From: Candidatus Eiseniibacteriota bacterium | GTDB taxonomy: Bacteria > Eisenbacteria > RBG-16-71-46 > CAZAMP01 | Assembly: GCA_965224245.1 (NCBI GenBank) | Contig: OZ245046.1 | Coordinates: 4,416,001-4,480,000 of the forward strand | Length of the DNA stretch: 64,000 bases | Direction: 5' to 3' | Shown: positions 18,591 to 27,194 of the stretch, one piece after another | Layout: the number at the start of each line of letters is the position of its first letter | Position numbering within the stretch: the stretch's first letter is position 1 | Notes under the pieces: generated by a model | Databases searched by the model: none | Told to the model about the DNA's origin: nothing | What the model saw: only the letters and a program-made list of their open reading frames with translations | Position numbers and translations under genes: made by a program

Positions 18591-19097
18591 ATGTCGAGGA
18601 CGGTACCGGCAGCGGTCGTTCTTCGGGTAGTGCTGGCTCTCGGCGGCGCGATCGCCGCCCTGCTGCTGTGGCTGTTCCTAGGTCTGGCGACGGTACTGCT
18701 GTCAGGCGATTGGGGAGCGTCGTCGGCTGAACGTCACATCGGTACTCACTTCTTCGTGACTCTCCCAAGCGCCATCTACTTGGCTACAGCGGCAACCGTT
18801 CGCCTCACGCGCGTGAGGTTTCGTGGCTCGTCGAAGGACGCGCTCCTGTCTTCGCCGTTGCTCGCAGTTGGTCTCTGGACTGTATCGCAGTCGCTGACGG
18901 GGCTACCGTCTTCGGCCCTGTTGATGGCAACGGTTGGTGCATCGGTTGTGGGTACGTTCGCGGGCCTATGGGACGGCTGGCTCAGGGTCATGGCGAGCTT
19001 GATTCCGCGCGCGGTACCGGTGGGGGTTCGTTTGTGGCTGTCGTTGGCGGTCTCGGGAGTGGTCGTGGCATTGGCGCTGGCGACTCGAGTCAGCTAA
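18591..19097 (+). CDS. Hypothetical membrane protein (cassette cargo)
   Basis: About five hydrophobic segments; stop codon lies within GCTAAC. Confidence 0.5.
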   Translation: MSRTVPAAVVLRVVLALGGAIAALLLWLFLGLATVLLSGDWGASSAERHIGTHFFVTLPSAIYLATAATVRLTRVRFRGSSKDALLSSPLLAVGLWTVSQSLTGLPSSALLMATVGASVVGTFAGLWDGWLRVMASLIPRAVPVGVRLWLSLAVSGVVVALALATRVS

Positions 19098-19220
19098 CCC
19101 TTTCGAACTACTCCCTGGTGCGGGCAACGTGCGCATCCAGGGCGCAGTCGACTCTCTAGGCGCGGAGAGCATCAGGCTCGAAGCGGTCGAGTATGTAGAG
19201 CCCGATGAAGGGCCAAGCCC

Positions 19221-19282
19221 GTCCAACGGCGCGTCAAGCGGCCGGCGTTTCGCGCCACCGCCGAGCACCGAGGCCGTTAGGC
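19221..19282 (+). mobile_element. attC-like site (degenerate)
   Basis: GTCCAAC ... GTTAGGC with AACGGC/GCCGTT pairing and an inner GCGG..GGCG/CGCC..CCGC stem. Confidence 0.55.
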
Positions 19283-19606
19283 CGCACGTCGCTCAGCGGT
19301 GGTGATGATCCGAGCGACGTCCTTGGTCTTGGCACCAAGCGCGAGAAGTGCGCGCACGAGGAGGTCGAGGGAGACCGTTGAATCGGCAGCTTCCATCTTC
19401 GCGACGCGCGACTGGCTGGATTCCAGGAGCTTCGCTACCTGTGCCTGGGTGAGCTTGCGGCGTGTTCGTCGAAGACGGAGGTTCCTGGCGAGAGCGAGCT
19501 TCATCTCGATGAAGGCTCGCTCCTCGGCCGTGAGCTCGAGGAACTCCCCCGCGGAGCCAACTTGCCAGCCAGCGGCTTCGAGTCGGCTCTTCTTGGTCTT
19601 CTTCAT
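19277..19606 (-). CDS. XRE-type HTH antitoxin
   Basis: LEAAGWQVGSAGEFL, LTQAQVAKLLESSQSRVAKME, VSLDLLVRAL. Confidence 0.88.
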   Translation of the reverse strand: MKKTKKSRLEAAGWQVGSAGEFLELTAEERAFIEMKLALARNLRLRRTRRKLTQAQVAKLLESSQSRVAKMEAADSTVSLDLLVRALLALGAKTKDVARIITTAERRAA

Positions 19607-19610
19607 CTAG

Positions 19611-19955
19611 CTACTCTTCACGCGTGGCTCGGTCGTAGGCCTCGAGCCGCGCCTTGCACGTGTCGATCACGGACGCCGGTGTCTTCTGCGTCTTCTTGCT
19701 GAACACCTCGAGAACGACTACCGCATCCGGGTCGAGCCGGTACATGATTCGCCAGGTTGCGGTCTCGTCTCGAATCCGCAGCTCATGGCAGCGGCGGCCG
19801 ATCGACGGCATCGGTCGCGAGTGGGGTAGCGAGATACTCTCGCCCATCTGGAGCTGGCGCAGCAAGAAACCGGCTTCAAGCCGTGCTGACTTGCTGAATG
19901 GTGGCGATTTCACCTCGCCCTCGAGCCAGACGAGCGGCTTCCCTGCCCCTTTCAT
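19611..19955 (-). CDS. RelE/ParE-family (Gp49-like) toxin
   Basis: KSPPFSKSARLEAGFLLR, SRPMPSIG..CHELRI, VFSKKTQKTP. Confidence 0.88.
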   Translation of the reverse strand: MKGAGKPLVWLEGEVKSPPFSKSARLEAGFLLRQLQMGESISLPHSRPMPSIGRRCHELRIRDETATWRIMYRLDPDAVVVLEVFSKKTQKTPASVIDTCKARLEAYDRATREE

Positions 19956-19963
19956 CAACGAAC

Positions 19964-19992
19964 AGGATATGTCATATCTGACATTCGGTCAA
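19964..19992 (-). promoter_or_regulatory. Promoter/operator of the RelE-XRE cassette
   Basis: Minus strand TTGACC-N17-TATCCT with palindrome ATGTCA-N4-TGACAT in the spacer. Confidence 0.7.
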
Positions 19993-20018
19993 GGATCGAT
20001 GCTGGCAGGGAGCGGCCC

Positions 20019-20079
20019 GGCTGAATAGTGGAGCTGGCGGTCGCCTTCGGCGCCCGCAGCTCATCTGTAGACGTTAGAT
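20019..20079 (+). mobile_element. attC site with degraded R'' box
   Basis: T(G)GAGCTG(G)CGG / CCGCAGCTCA, CGCC-TTC-GGCG central hairpin, then GTTAGAT. Confidence 0.65.
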
Positions 20080-20118
20080 GATGGAGGAGTGAACCCCTGA
20101 GCTCCGACCCATCATCGA

Positions 20119-20405
20119 GTGTCGAGCATCTTCCTCGAGCCCCCGCCGCTTGCGTGGCGCGCGTGCGGGAACGGGTGCGAAAGGGTGGCCATGCGGTGCC
20201 CGAGACCGATGTTCACTGGCGTTTCCTCCGTAGCATCAGCAACTTCTGGCGCGCTCATCGGTTCGGTGTCCAGCGGCGGCATCTGTTCTACAATGCCGGC
20301 ACCCAGTTCGCGTGGCTGGCTGGCGGTGTTGACGCCGAGGTATCGGTAGGTGATGACCCGCTGTACGAGCGGCTCCTCTCCATCGCCGAAGGAGCGGGCA
20401 AGTGA
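20119..20405 (+). pseudogene. Remnant of a zeta-toxin/AAA_33-like ATPase
   Basis: ARVRERVRKGGHAVPETDVHWRFLRSISNFW matches the family C-terminal half; no Walker A-containing N-terminus. Confidence 0.7.
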
Positions 20406-20554
20406 TCAAACGAAACGACGACGTCGATCTCGATCTCGTCGCAGAGGGGCAAGCGTTTCGACGCATCGAAAGCCGCGCAGTCGAGCAGACACAGGCGGAG
20501 AGTCGCGGGACCGAGCTCGCGGCCGTTCGCCAATCACCAGACCGGAGGATGTAC

Positions 20555-21163
20555 GTGAACACCAAGGCGCTCGTCGCGATGTGGCTCGGAATCATGCTCG
20601 CGCCCCTTTCGCTCGCGGCGCAGTCGGGTGTACGCGTGGAGAGCCACGACGACGAGATGGAATCGTGGACGTATGCGTATACCCGGGCCGACCACGGCCC
20701 CGTCCTGACCATCGACGACCGGGGCATCACCTTCGGCCGCTCCCCCTGCTTGATCTTCCTGTGCACGGCCGGGGGGATGGAGGTGGTCTACTGCTTCGAT
20801 ACGGAGCTGATCGGTGAGGCGGGGACGGTCCTGGTCCAGTCTCGCTTCGACTCCCGTCAGGCCTCGAAGCCGGAGCCGTGGCCGACGGTCGTGGACCCCA
20901 GCGACGAGGGCGGTCTCGAGGCGGCGGCGGCGGCCATGGGCGTGGACGAGACGAACGCGTTCCTGGAGATGTTCGGGAGCACGGTGCGCGCCGCCGGGCT
21001 CTCCGGCGAGGACGTCGAGGCCTTCCTGACCGAGGCCGCCAGCGCCGAGCAGGTCACGATGCGCGTCACCGACCAGTTCGACGGAGAGACTCACACCGAC
21101 GTGTTCTCCCTCGAGGGGCTGACCGATGCCCTCGAGCAGATCCGCGCGACCTGCGAGCGCTGA
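20555..21163 (+). CDS. Hypothetical secreted protein
   Basis: GGAGG RBS before GTG; signal peptide ending SLAAQ; host-like codon usage resumes. Confidence 0.65.
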   Translation: MNTKALVAMWLGIMLAPLSLAAQSGVRVESHDDEMESWTYAYTRADHGPVLTIDDRGITFGRSPCLIFLCTAGGMEVVYCFDTELIGEAGTVLVQSRFDSRQASKPEPWPTVVDPSDEGGLEAAAAAMGVDETNAFLEMFGSTVRAAGLSGEDVEAFLTEAASAEQVTMRVTDQFDGETHTDVFSLEGLTDALEQIRATCER

Positions 21164-21275
21164 GCCGGAAGTCGTCCGTTCGGGGTTTCTGATACGATGC
21201 CACCGGCGTTGCAACGTCGCCGCGCGCGCACCCGCGCCGGAGCCGCGACGCCATGGCCTCGACGGAAGAGCCATC

Positions 21276-21476
21276 GTGACCCGAACCTCACCCGACACGT
21301 TCACGTCGCCGTGCACGGGCCTCTGCACGCTCGATCGTGAGACCGGCATCTGCGACGGCTGCTACCGTCACATCGACGAGATCGTCGCGTGGGCAACCCT
21401 CGGTGCGGAGGCGCGCCGTGAGGTGATGCGACTGACCGAGGAGCGCCGCCTCGCGGCCGAAGGGGAGATGCCGTGA
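21276..21476 (+). CDS. DUF1289-family small Cys-rich protein
   Basis: SPCTGLCTLDRETGICDGCYRHIDEIVAW. Confidence 0.85.
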   Translation: MTRTSPDTFTSPCTGLCTLDRETGICDGCYRHIDEIVAWATLGAEARREVMRLTEERRLAAEGEMP

Positions 21477-22231
21477 GCACTCACGACTACAACTACGAGT
21501 CCTTCCCGATCGATCTGTGTGCCGGCGAGTTCGAGGCGTTTCGAGAGGCGGTGCCCGCGGGATCGCCCGCGCCGGACGGAACGCTCGTCGACGCCGCGAC
21601 CGGCGAGCCGGTGTCGCTGTCGACGTTCTGGAAGCGGGGACCGGTGCTCATCGAGTTCGGGTCGATCACCTGACCGTACTGCGGGCTGGCGGCGCCGGCC
21701 CTCGAGCCGATGGCGGATCGGCATCGCGACGACGTCGCGTTCGTCTTCGTCTACACGCGCGAGGCCCACCCGGGCGAGAAGACCCCCGCGCACGCGTCCA
21801 TGTCCGACAAGCTCCGGCGCGCCCGCGAGATGGTCCAGCGCTTCGACATCCGACGGCCGATGCTGGTGGACGATCTCGACGGCACGCTCCATCGGGCGTA
21901 CGGGTCGCTCCCCAACATGTCCTACCTGGTCGCGACCGGCGGTACCGTCACCTACCGCGCCAACTGGACCGACGCCCGGACGGTCGAGATGGCCGTCGAG
22001 CAGCTCCTCCACGAGCGGGCCGCCCGGCGCGATCGCGCGCGTCTCGCCCCGTACTACATGGAGATGCAGCCCCAGCGGATCAACGAACGAGCTCCGTTCA
22101 TGGAGGCGCTCCTGGAGCTGGCCGGGGTCCGGGCCGTCGACGAGTTCATCGCGGCGATCGGGCACTCCTACGGCGACGCGGCCGCGGGCCCGCTCCGACG
22201 ATGGTGGTCGGATCGATCGTCCGCGGGATGA
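21473..22231 (+). CDS. Deiodinase-like thioredoxin-fold selenoprotein (UGA 21671-21673 read as Sec)
   Basis: ORFs 21473-21673 and 21710-22231 are in one frame: PVLIEFGSIT-U-PYC...FVFVYTREAHP...MLVDDLDG..HRAYGSLPN. Confidence 0.85.
21683..21701 (+). promoter_or_regulatory. Putative bacterial SECIS hairpin
   Basis: GGGCTGGC/GCCGGCCC stem with G-containing loop, starting 9 nt after the in-frame TGA. Confidence 0.55.
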
Positions 22232-23259
22232 GACGCGCCGTGATCCTACCGCTCGCCGTGCTGCTGGGCGTCGTCGTGCTGTCGGCTCTCGCCGCCTACG
22301 TGGTGGTCGTCGACATGCCGGGTCGCTCGTTCCGTGGCACGCCCACGGCGCCCACGGCGGCCGAGCGCGAGCTGGCGACGGCGCTGGCCGGGCACGTGAA
22401 CACCCTGGCGGGCGACATCGGCGAGCGCAACCTCGGGCGCTACGAGGCGCTCTGTGCCGCGGCGAACTACGTCGACGTGACGCTGAACGTGATCGGTCTC
22501 GACGTCGTCCGTCAGAGCTTTCAGGTGGATGGGCGCCCCGTCCACAACCTCGTCTCGACGCTGCCCGGACGCGGCGACACCGACGAGATCGTCGTCGTGG
22601 GCGCTCACTACGACTCGGCGCCGGGCACCCCCGGAGCGAACGACAACGCGACCGGCGTGGCGGCGATGCTCGAGATCGCGCGGGCCCTCGCCGGACGCGA
22701 CGACCTCCAGCGCACCGTGCAGCTGGTCGCATTCGTGAACGAGGAGCCGCCCCACTTCCAGACCGACCGGATGGGCAGTCTCGTGCACGCGCGCTCGCTG
22801 GCGTCGGCCGACGCGCGCGTGGTGGCGATGCTCTCGCTGGAGACGATGGGATACTACCGGGACGAGCCGGGCTCGCAGTCGTATCCGTCGCCGCTGTCGC
22901 TCGTGTACCCCGATCGAGGCGACTTCGTGGCCCTCGTGGGCAACCTCCGATCGCGTCCCCTCGTGCGCCGCGCGATCGGCGTCTTCCGGCGGACGACCGC
23001 GTTCCCGTCCGAAGGCGTGGCCGCACCGGGAGGAATCCCCGGGATCGGCTGGTCGGATCACTGGGCGTTCTGGCAGTCGGGCTACCCGGCGGTGATGATC
23101 ACCGACACCGCGCTCTTCCGATACCCCTTCTACCACCGGGCCGACGACACGCCGGACGCGATCGATCCCGAGCGGCTGGCTCGCGTGGTGGGCGGCGTGA
23201 TCGAGGTCGTCGTCGATCTGGCCGGCACCACGCCGGCCGGCGCTACTCGATCACGGTGA
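22228..23259 (+). CDS. M28-family metallopeptidase
   Basis: VVVGAHYDS, PGANDNATG, FVNEEPP, WSDHWAF, YHRADDT. Confidence 0.9.
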   Translation: MRRAVILPLAVLLGVVVLSALAAYVVVVDMPGRSFRGTPTAPTAAERELATALAGHVNTLAGDIGERNLGRYEALCAAANYVDVTLNVIGLDVVRQSFQVDGRPVHNLVSTLPGRGDTDEIVVVGAHYDSAPGTPGANDNATGVAAMLEIARALAGRDDLQRTVQLVAFVNEEPPHFQTDRMGSLVHARSLASADARVVAMLSLETMGYYRDEPGSQSYPSPLSLVYPDRGDFVALVGNLRSRPLVRRAIGVFRRTTAFPSEGVAAPGGIPGIGWSDHWAFWQSGYPAVMITDTALFRYPFYHRADDTPDAIDPERLARVVGGVIEVVVDLAGTTPAGATRSR

Positions 23260-25030
23260 CCGCGATCGTCTCCTGGAGACCGGGCCCGGTGACGCGTGCC
23301 CAGTAGCGCCCGGGCGCAACCGGCCGTCCGTCGGCGGTGCGCCCGTCCCAGCGCACGCGATGCTCGCCGATCTGGACCACGCGGTTCAACAGGCGGCGAA
23401 CCTCGCGACCGTCCACGTCGTAGATCGAGAGCCGCGTGCGTCCGCCGCGTGACGCGCGGAACGCGATCTCGGTCACGCCGGACAGACTGAACGGATTCGG
23501 CGCGACGCGCGCGATCGCCACCGACGGGCCACCCGGGCTCGACACGCCGACCACGCCTTCCTCGCACTCGTCGGGAATGCCGTTGCCGTTGATGTCCGAG
23601 CTCGTGTCGTCGGCGATGTCCTGGGAGTCGCCCACGCCGTTGCCGTTGCAGTCGTAGTCACCGATGCGCAGGTAGTAGACGTCCTGCTCCCCGTTGAACG
23701 TGGCCGCCCACGCGAGATCGGCCCCGACGAGGTCGGAGTGGATGTCGTAGTAGTCGCCCAGCTTGTTCTGACGGGGCCACCCCAGGTAGCTGTCGAACTC
23801 GGGGCTGAGCGGGATGTTGGGAGTCCAGGTGACCCCTCCGTCCGAGGACGACGAGTAGTAGAGCTGCGAGAGGTTCACCGCACCCGAGCTTCGCGTGTCG
23901 TTCCAGACCACGTCGATCCGCCCGTTCGGCGCCACTCCCATCGTGCCAAACCACTGCCAGTTCCCCGGGCCGTCGGTGTTGATCGTCACCGGCGTGCTCC
24001 AGGCGCCTCCGCCGTTCGTCGAGCGCGTGAACTGCACGTCCAGGGGATCCGACCCGGGGGGGTCCACCGAGCAGAGCGCGTAGATGTGGCCGTTCGTCGG
24101 GTTGACCCGCACCCACGCCTGCCCGAGGAGTCCATCGGGGTTGGGACCGCCGCCGAACCCGATGAAGCCGTTCAGCCCCACCAGCGAGGTCGTGTAGACC
24201 GGCTCCTGTCCCGCCTGGTCGGCGTTCGTGGAACGCGAGAGCAGGAACTCGTCGAGGGCGCTGTCGACGCCGATGATCCACACGGTGCCGTCCGGTCCCA
24301 CGTCCATCGTGCCGAAGCGCGGCCGGTTCACGATGGACACCGGCGACTCGAACGACGCGGCGCCGTCGATCGAACGCGTGACGATGTTCGACCCGCAGCA
24401 GGCGGCGAAGTCACTCCACGCGCTGTGGATGAACCCGTCACCGGGACCGCCGGAGTTGTCCACCACCATCCACTGCTTGTCCCCGCCCCAGGCGGGAACC
24501 GCCGATCCCCACGACTGGCCGGCGTCGGTCGACGTGTACACGTCGGTGTCGAACGTCTCGCGCAGGCTGTTGTAATAGAACGTGCCGTCGGTGGCCGCCG
24601 CGAGCACCGGATCGCTCCGGAAGACGCCGGGGTTGATCACGCCCGGAAACGTCCAGGTCCGTCCGCCGTCCTCGGTGAAGCCCCACCCGGCCTGGCGGAA
24701 GTTGGACGAGATCGTGTCGAACTGGCGCCATCCGATCGCCATTCGCAACGGATTGGTCGGATCCACGGCCAGCGAGGGCTCGTTGGCGGCGTCGCCGGGG
24801 ATGTTGGCCCCCATGTCGTCCACGTTCACCTGGACGCTGGCGAACGGCCCGAGTCGATGCACGTCGGCCCGCGGCGCACCGGGCACCGGGAGCGCCGGCT
24901 CACCCGGGGGATCGTCCGGCGCCTCGTAGTGAGGCAGCGGATGATCCTCGGCCAGGGCCCCGGCGGACAGAAGCGCGGCGACTCCGAGCGCCGACGCGAT
25001 GCGCGCGGCGCGGGCTGGGAGGTTGGACAT
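23243..25030 (-). CDS. Secreted BNR/Asp-box (sialidase-like) beta-propeller protein with DCNGNG Ca-binding repeats and FlgD-Ig C-terminal domain
   Basis: Signal peptide; TEDGGRTW, STDAGQSW, SSDGGVTW Asp boxes; LGDYY; DCNGNGVGD..DINGNGIPDEC; APNPF...WDGRTADG. Confidence 0.8.
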   Translation of the reverse strand: MSNLPARAARIASALGVAALLSAGALAEDHPLPHYEAPDDPPGEPALPVPGAPRADVHRLGPFASVQVNVDDMGANIPGDAANEPSLAVDPTNPLRMAIGWRQFDTISSNFRQAGWGFTEDGGRTWTFPGVINPGVFRSDPVLAAATDGTFYYNSLRETFDTDVYTSTDAGQSWGSAVPAWGGDKQWMVVDNSGGPGDGFIHSAWSDFAACCGSNIVTRSIDGAASFESPVSIVNRPRFGTMDVGPDGTVWIIGVDSALDEFLLSRSTNADQAGQEPVYTTSLVGLNGFIGFGGGPNPDGLLGQAWVRVNPTNGHIYALCSVDPPGSDPLDVQFTRSTNGGGAWSTPVTINTDGPGNWQWFGTMGVAPNGRIDVVWNDTRSSGAVNLSQLYYSSSSDGGVTWTPNIPLSPEFDSYLGWPRQNKLGDYYDIHSDLVGADLAWAATFNGEQDVYYLRIGDYDCNGNGVGDSQDIADDTSSDINGNGIPDECEEGVVGVSSPGGPSVAIARVAPNPFSLSGVTEIAFRASRGGRTRLSIYDVDGREVRRLLNRVVQIGEHRVRWDGRTADGRPVAPGRYWARVTGPGLQETIAVTVIE

Positions 25031-25192
25031 GGTTTGCCCTCCTGGCGCCTGCGCCGGCGGCGCTCGACGCACGTTGTCGAACCGAGTGGATGGCGGCCCC
25101 GAAGACCCTGGAGCATATCACCGAACGTCGAGATCGAACGACCTTCCGGTGCAGGACCGTGCGATCGGTGGGCGGAGCCGGGATGGTCGCGG

Positions 25193-26170
25193 CTACGAGG
25201 CGGCGTCGTGGGCGGCGATGAGCTCGCGTTCGCGCTCGCGGCTCAATCCCGCGCGCCAGGCGCGATCGGCCGGGCGCGTGGCCGACCAGGCAGCCGTGTC
25301 GCGCACGGTCTCGGCCAGCGGCCGGCATCGCAAGCCGGCGCCGAACGTCCGGGTGCAGTCGGCCTCGAGGTCGCCACCGGGGATCCACAGCGGGAGCTCC
25401 ATCCAGGGTCCGACCGACTGTGCGGTCAGGAACTCGTCCGACGCCCAGACGAGCGACGCGCCGCTCTCCAGCGCGGCGACGGTGCGGGTGAGGAAGTCGC
25501 GCATCGTCAGCGGCTCCTCGGGACCGGTCGCGTTGAAGACACCCGCGACGCGCCCCTCGGCGCAGGCGACGATCCAGTCCGCGAGGTCGCGCCCGTCGAC
25601 GAACTGCACCTTGGCGCCCTCGCGCCCGGGCGCCAGCACGCGTCCGCCCTCGGCGAGGCGGGCCGGCCAGTACGTGAAGCGGTCCGTCGGGTCGTGCGGG
25701 CCGACGATCAGGCCGGCCCGCACGTGAAGGACGCGCCCGGGCATCGCCCGCTCGGCGGCACGCTCGCAGAGCGCCTTCAGCGGGCCGTACGTCTCGCCCG
25801 TGATCTCCTCGATGCTCTCGTCCTCCAGCGTATCCACCGGGGAATCCTCGTCGACCACGGCTGCGATCTCGGGATAGACGGAGATGGACGAGACGAACGT
25901 GTAGTGCTCCACCGCGTCGGCCAGGAGCGAGGCGGAGTCTCCGACGATGCGCGGGACGTATCCGCAGGTGTCGACGACGGCATCCCAGCGACGGCCCCTG
26001 AGCGCGTCCAGACCGCCGTCGCGATCCCCGACGAGCTGCTCGAGATCTCCGAAGAGATCGGGATTGGACTTCCCGCGGTTGAAGAGGGTCACGTCGTGCC
26101 CCCGCGCCCGCGCGGCGTCCACGACGTGTCGGCCCAGAAAGACGCGGCCACCGAGGAGCAGGATCTTCAT
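25193..26170 (-). CDS. NAD-dependent epimerase/dehydratase (isoflavone-reductase-like SDR)
   Basis: LGGRVFLGRH, WDAVVDTCGY, YGPLKALCE, DRFTYWP. Confidence 0.9.
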   Translation of the reverse strand: MKILLLGGRVFLGRHVVDAARARGHDVTLFNRGKSNPDLFGDLEQLVGDRDGGLDALRGRRWDAVVDTCGYVPRIVGDSASLLADAVEHYTFVSSISVYPEIAAVVDEDSPVDTLEDESIEEITGETYGPLKALCERAAERAMPGRVLHVRAGLIVGPHDPTDRFTYWPARLAEGGRVLAPGREGAKVQFVDGRDLADWIVACAEGRVAGVFNATGPEEPLTMRDFLTRTVAALESGASLVWASDEFLTAQSVGPWMELPLWIPGGDLEADCTRTFGAGLRCRPLAETVRDTAAWSATRPADRAWRAGLSRERERELIAAHDAAS

Positions 26171-26209
26171 GATCGCCTTCTACGGCGGACGCCGGGATCG
26201 AGTTGCGGG

Positions 26210-26887
26210 CTACTCGCCCGGGAGGTCGGCGGTCGGCTGCGGCATCGCGATGTGGAGCTCGACACGTCGATTGCGAGCCCGACCCTCGGGCGAATCGTTG
26301 TCGGCGAGCGGCCGGTAGTGTGCGTACCCGACCGCCACCATGCGCTCGGGCGCGACGTCGAAGCCGTACACCATGTACCGCACGACCGAGGCGGCACGCG
26401 CGGTCGAGAGCTCCCAGTTCGAGAAGAACCGGGCCTTGGTCGCCCCGCCGATCGGACGATCGTCGGTGTGGCCCTCGACGCGGACCTCGTGCTCGGGGTA
26501 CTTCGCGAGAACGGTCGCCAGCCGCCCGATGAGATCCTGCCCCACGCTGGTCAGCGTCGCGCTCGCGGAATCGAAGAGCACGTGTCCGGGGAGGCGGAGC
26601 ACCGTACAGGCGTCGAGCCGCTCCATCTGGAGGCGATCGCGCTCGGCGATGCGCTCGAGCTCCTCCTCCAGCTCCTGGGCACGCGCGACCGCGGCCGCGT
26701 AGTCGGTCTCCAGCTGGAAGATCTGCGAGTCCTTGGTGCCGAGCCGACTTCGGAGGGAGACGATCTCGGCGTCGCGCGCTTCGAGCGCGGCGTTGTTCGA
26801 GCAGCCGACGACCACGACCGCGAACGGGAGCACGAGCACGATCGGGGTCGACCGTCGGAGAAGTCCGTTGCGGGCGGGAAACGCCAT
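26210..26887 (-). CDS. OmpA/MotB-family peptidoglycan-binding lipoprotein
   Basis: Lipobox VVGC; coiled coil; VEGHTDD, NWELSTARA, RARNRRVE. Confidence 0.88.
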   Translation of the reverse strand: MAFPARNGLLRRSTPIVLVLPFAVVVVGCSNNAALEARDAEIVSLRSRLGTKDSQIFQLETDYAAAVARAQELEEELERIAERDRLQMERLDACTVLRLPGHVLFDSASATLTSVGQDLIGRLATVLAKYPEHEVRVEGHTDDRPIGGATKARFFSNWELSTARAASVVRYMVYGFDVAPERMVAVGYAHYRPLADNDSPEGRARNRRVELHIAMPQPTADLPGE

Positions 26888-27194
26888 GACGCCGTACCTC
26901 CTTGTAGCAGCGGCCTCGCGTGCGAGGATCGCACCCTAGCAGAGGCCCACCCGGGGCGGCAACGGTGCGCGGGCACCCGGTCGAGAAGTCCCGGCGAACG
27001 GTGTCCCGCATACGCTTGCGGTGGATCGCGGGTGATGCCGGGCGCCGCTTGGACGTCCCGCGTGAGGGGTATCCCACGCGGGAAGCGCGACGGCGCTTGA
27101 CCCCGACCGTGCGAGGACGGATCATCGTCCGTCCGCGTTTGGCGCCGGTCCCCGCTCCCACGGAGCTCCGGCGCCGCGCGAAAAGGAGGCGACC

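Larger units (their letters stand above)
16391..20560 (+). mobile_element. Integron cassette array lacking an adjacent integrase (CALIN-like), rich in toxin-antitoxin cassettes
   Basis: Four to five co-oriented attC-like sites separating short lower-GC gene units; no intI in the window. Confidence 0.8.

Noticed and set aside
26210-26887. Flagellar motB
   Set aside because: It has a lipobox instead of the MotB TM helix with the conserved Asp, and no motA is adjacent.
23738-27100. 1120-aa plus-strand ORF
   Set aside because: Antisense shadow of three well-supported minus-strand genes; R/G/V/H-rich composition typical of high-GC off-frames.
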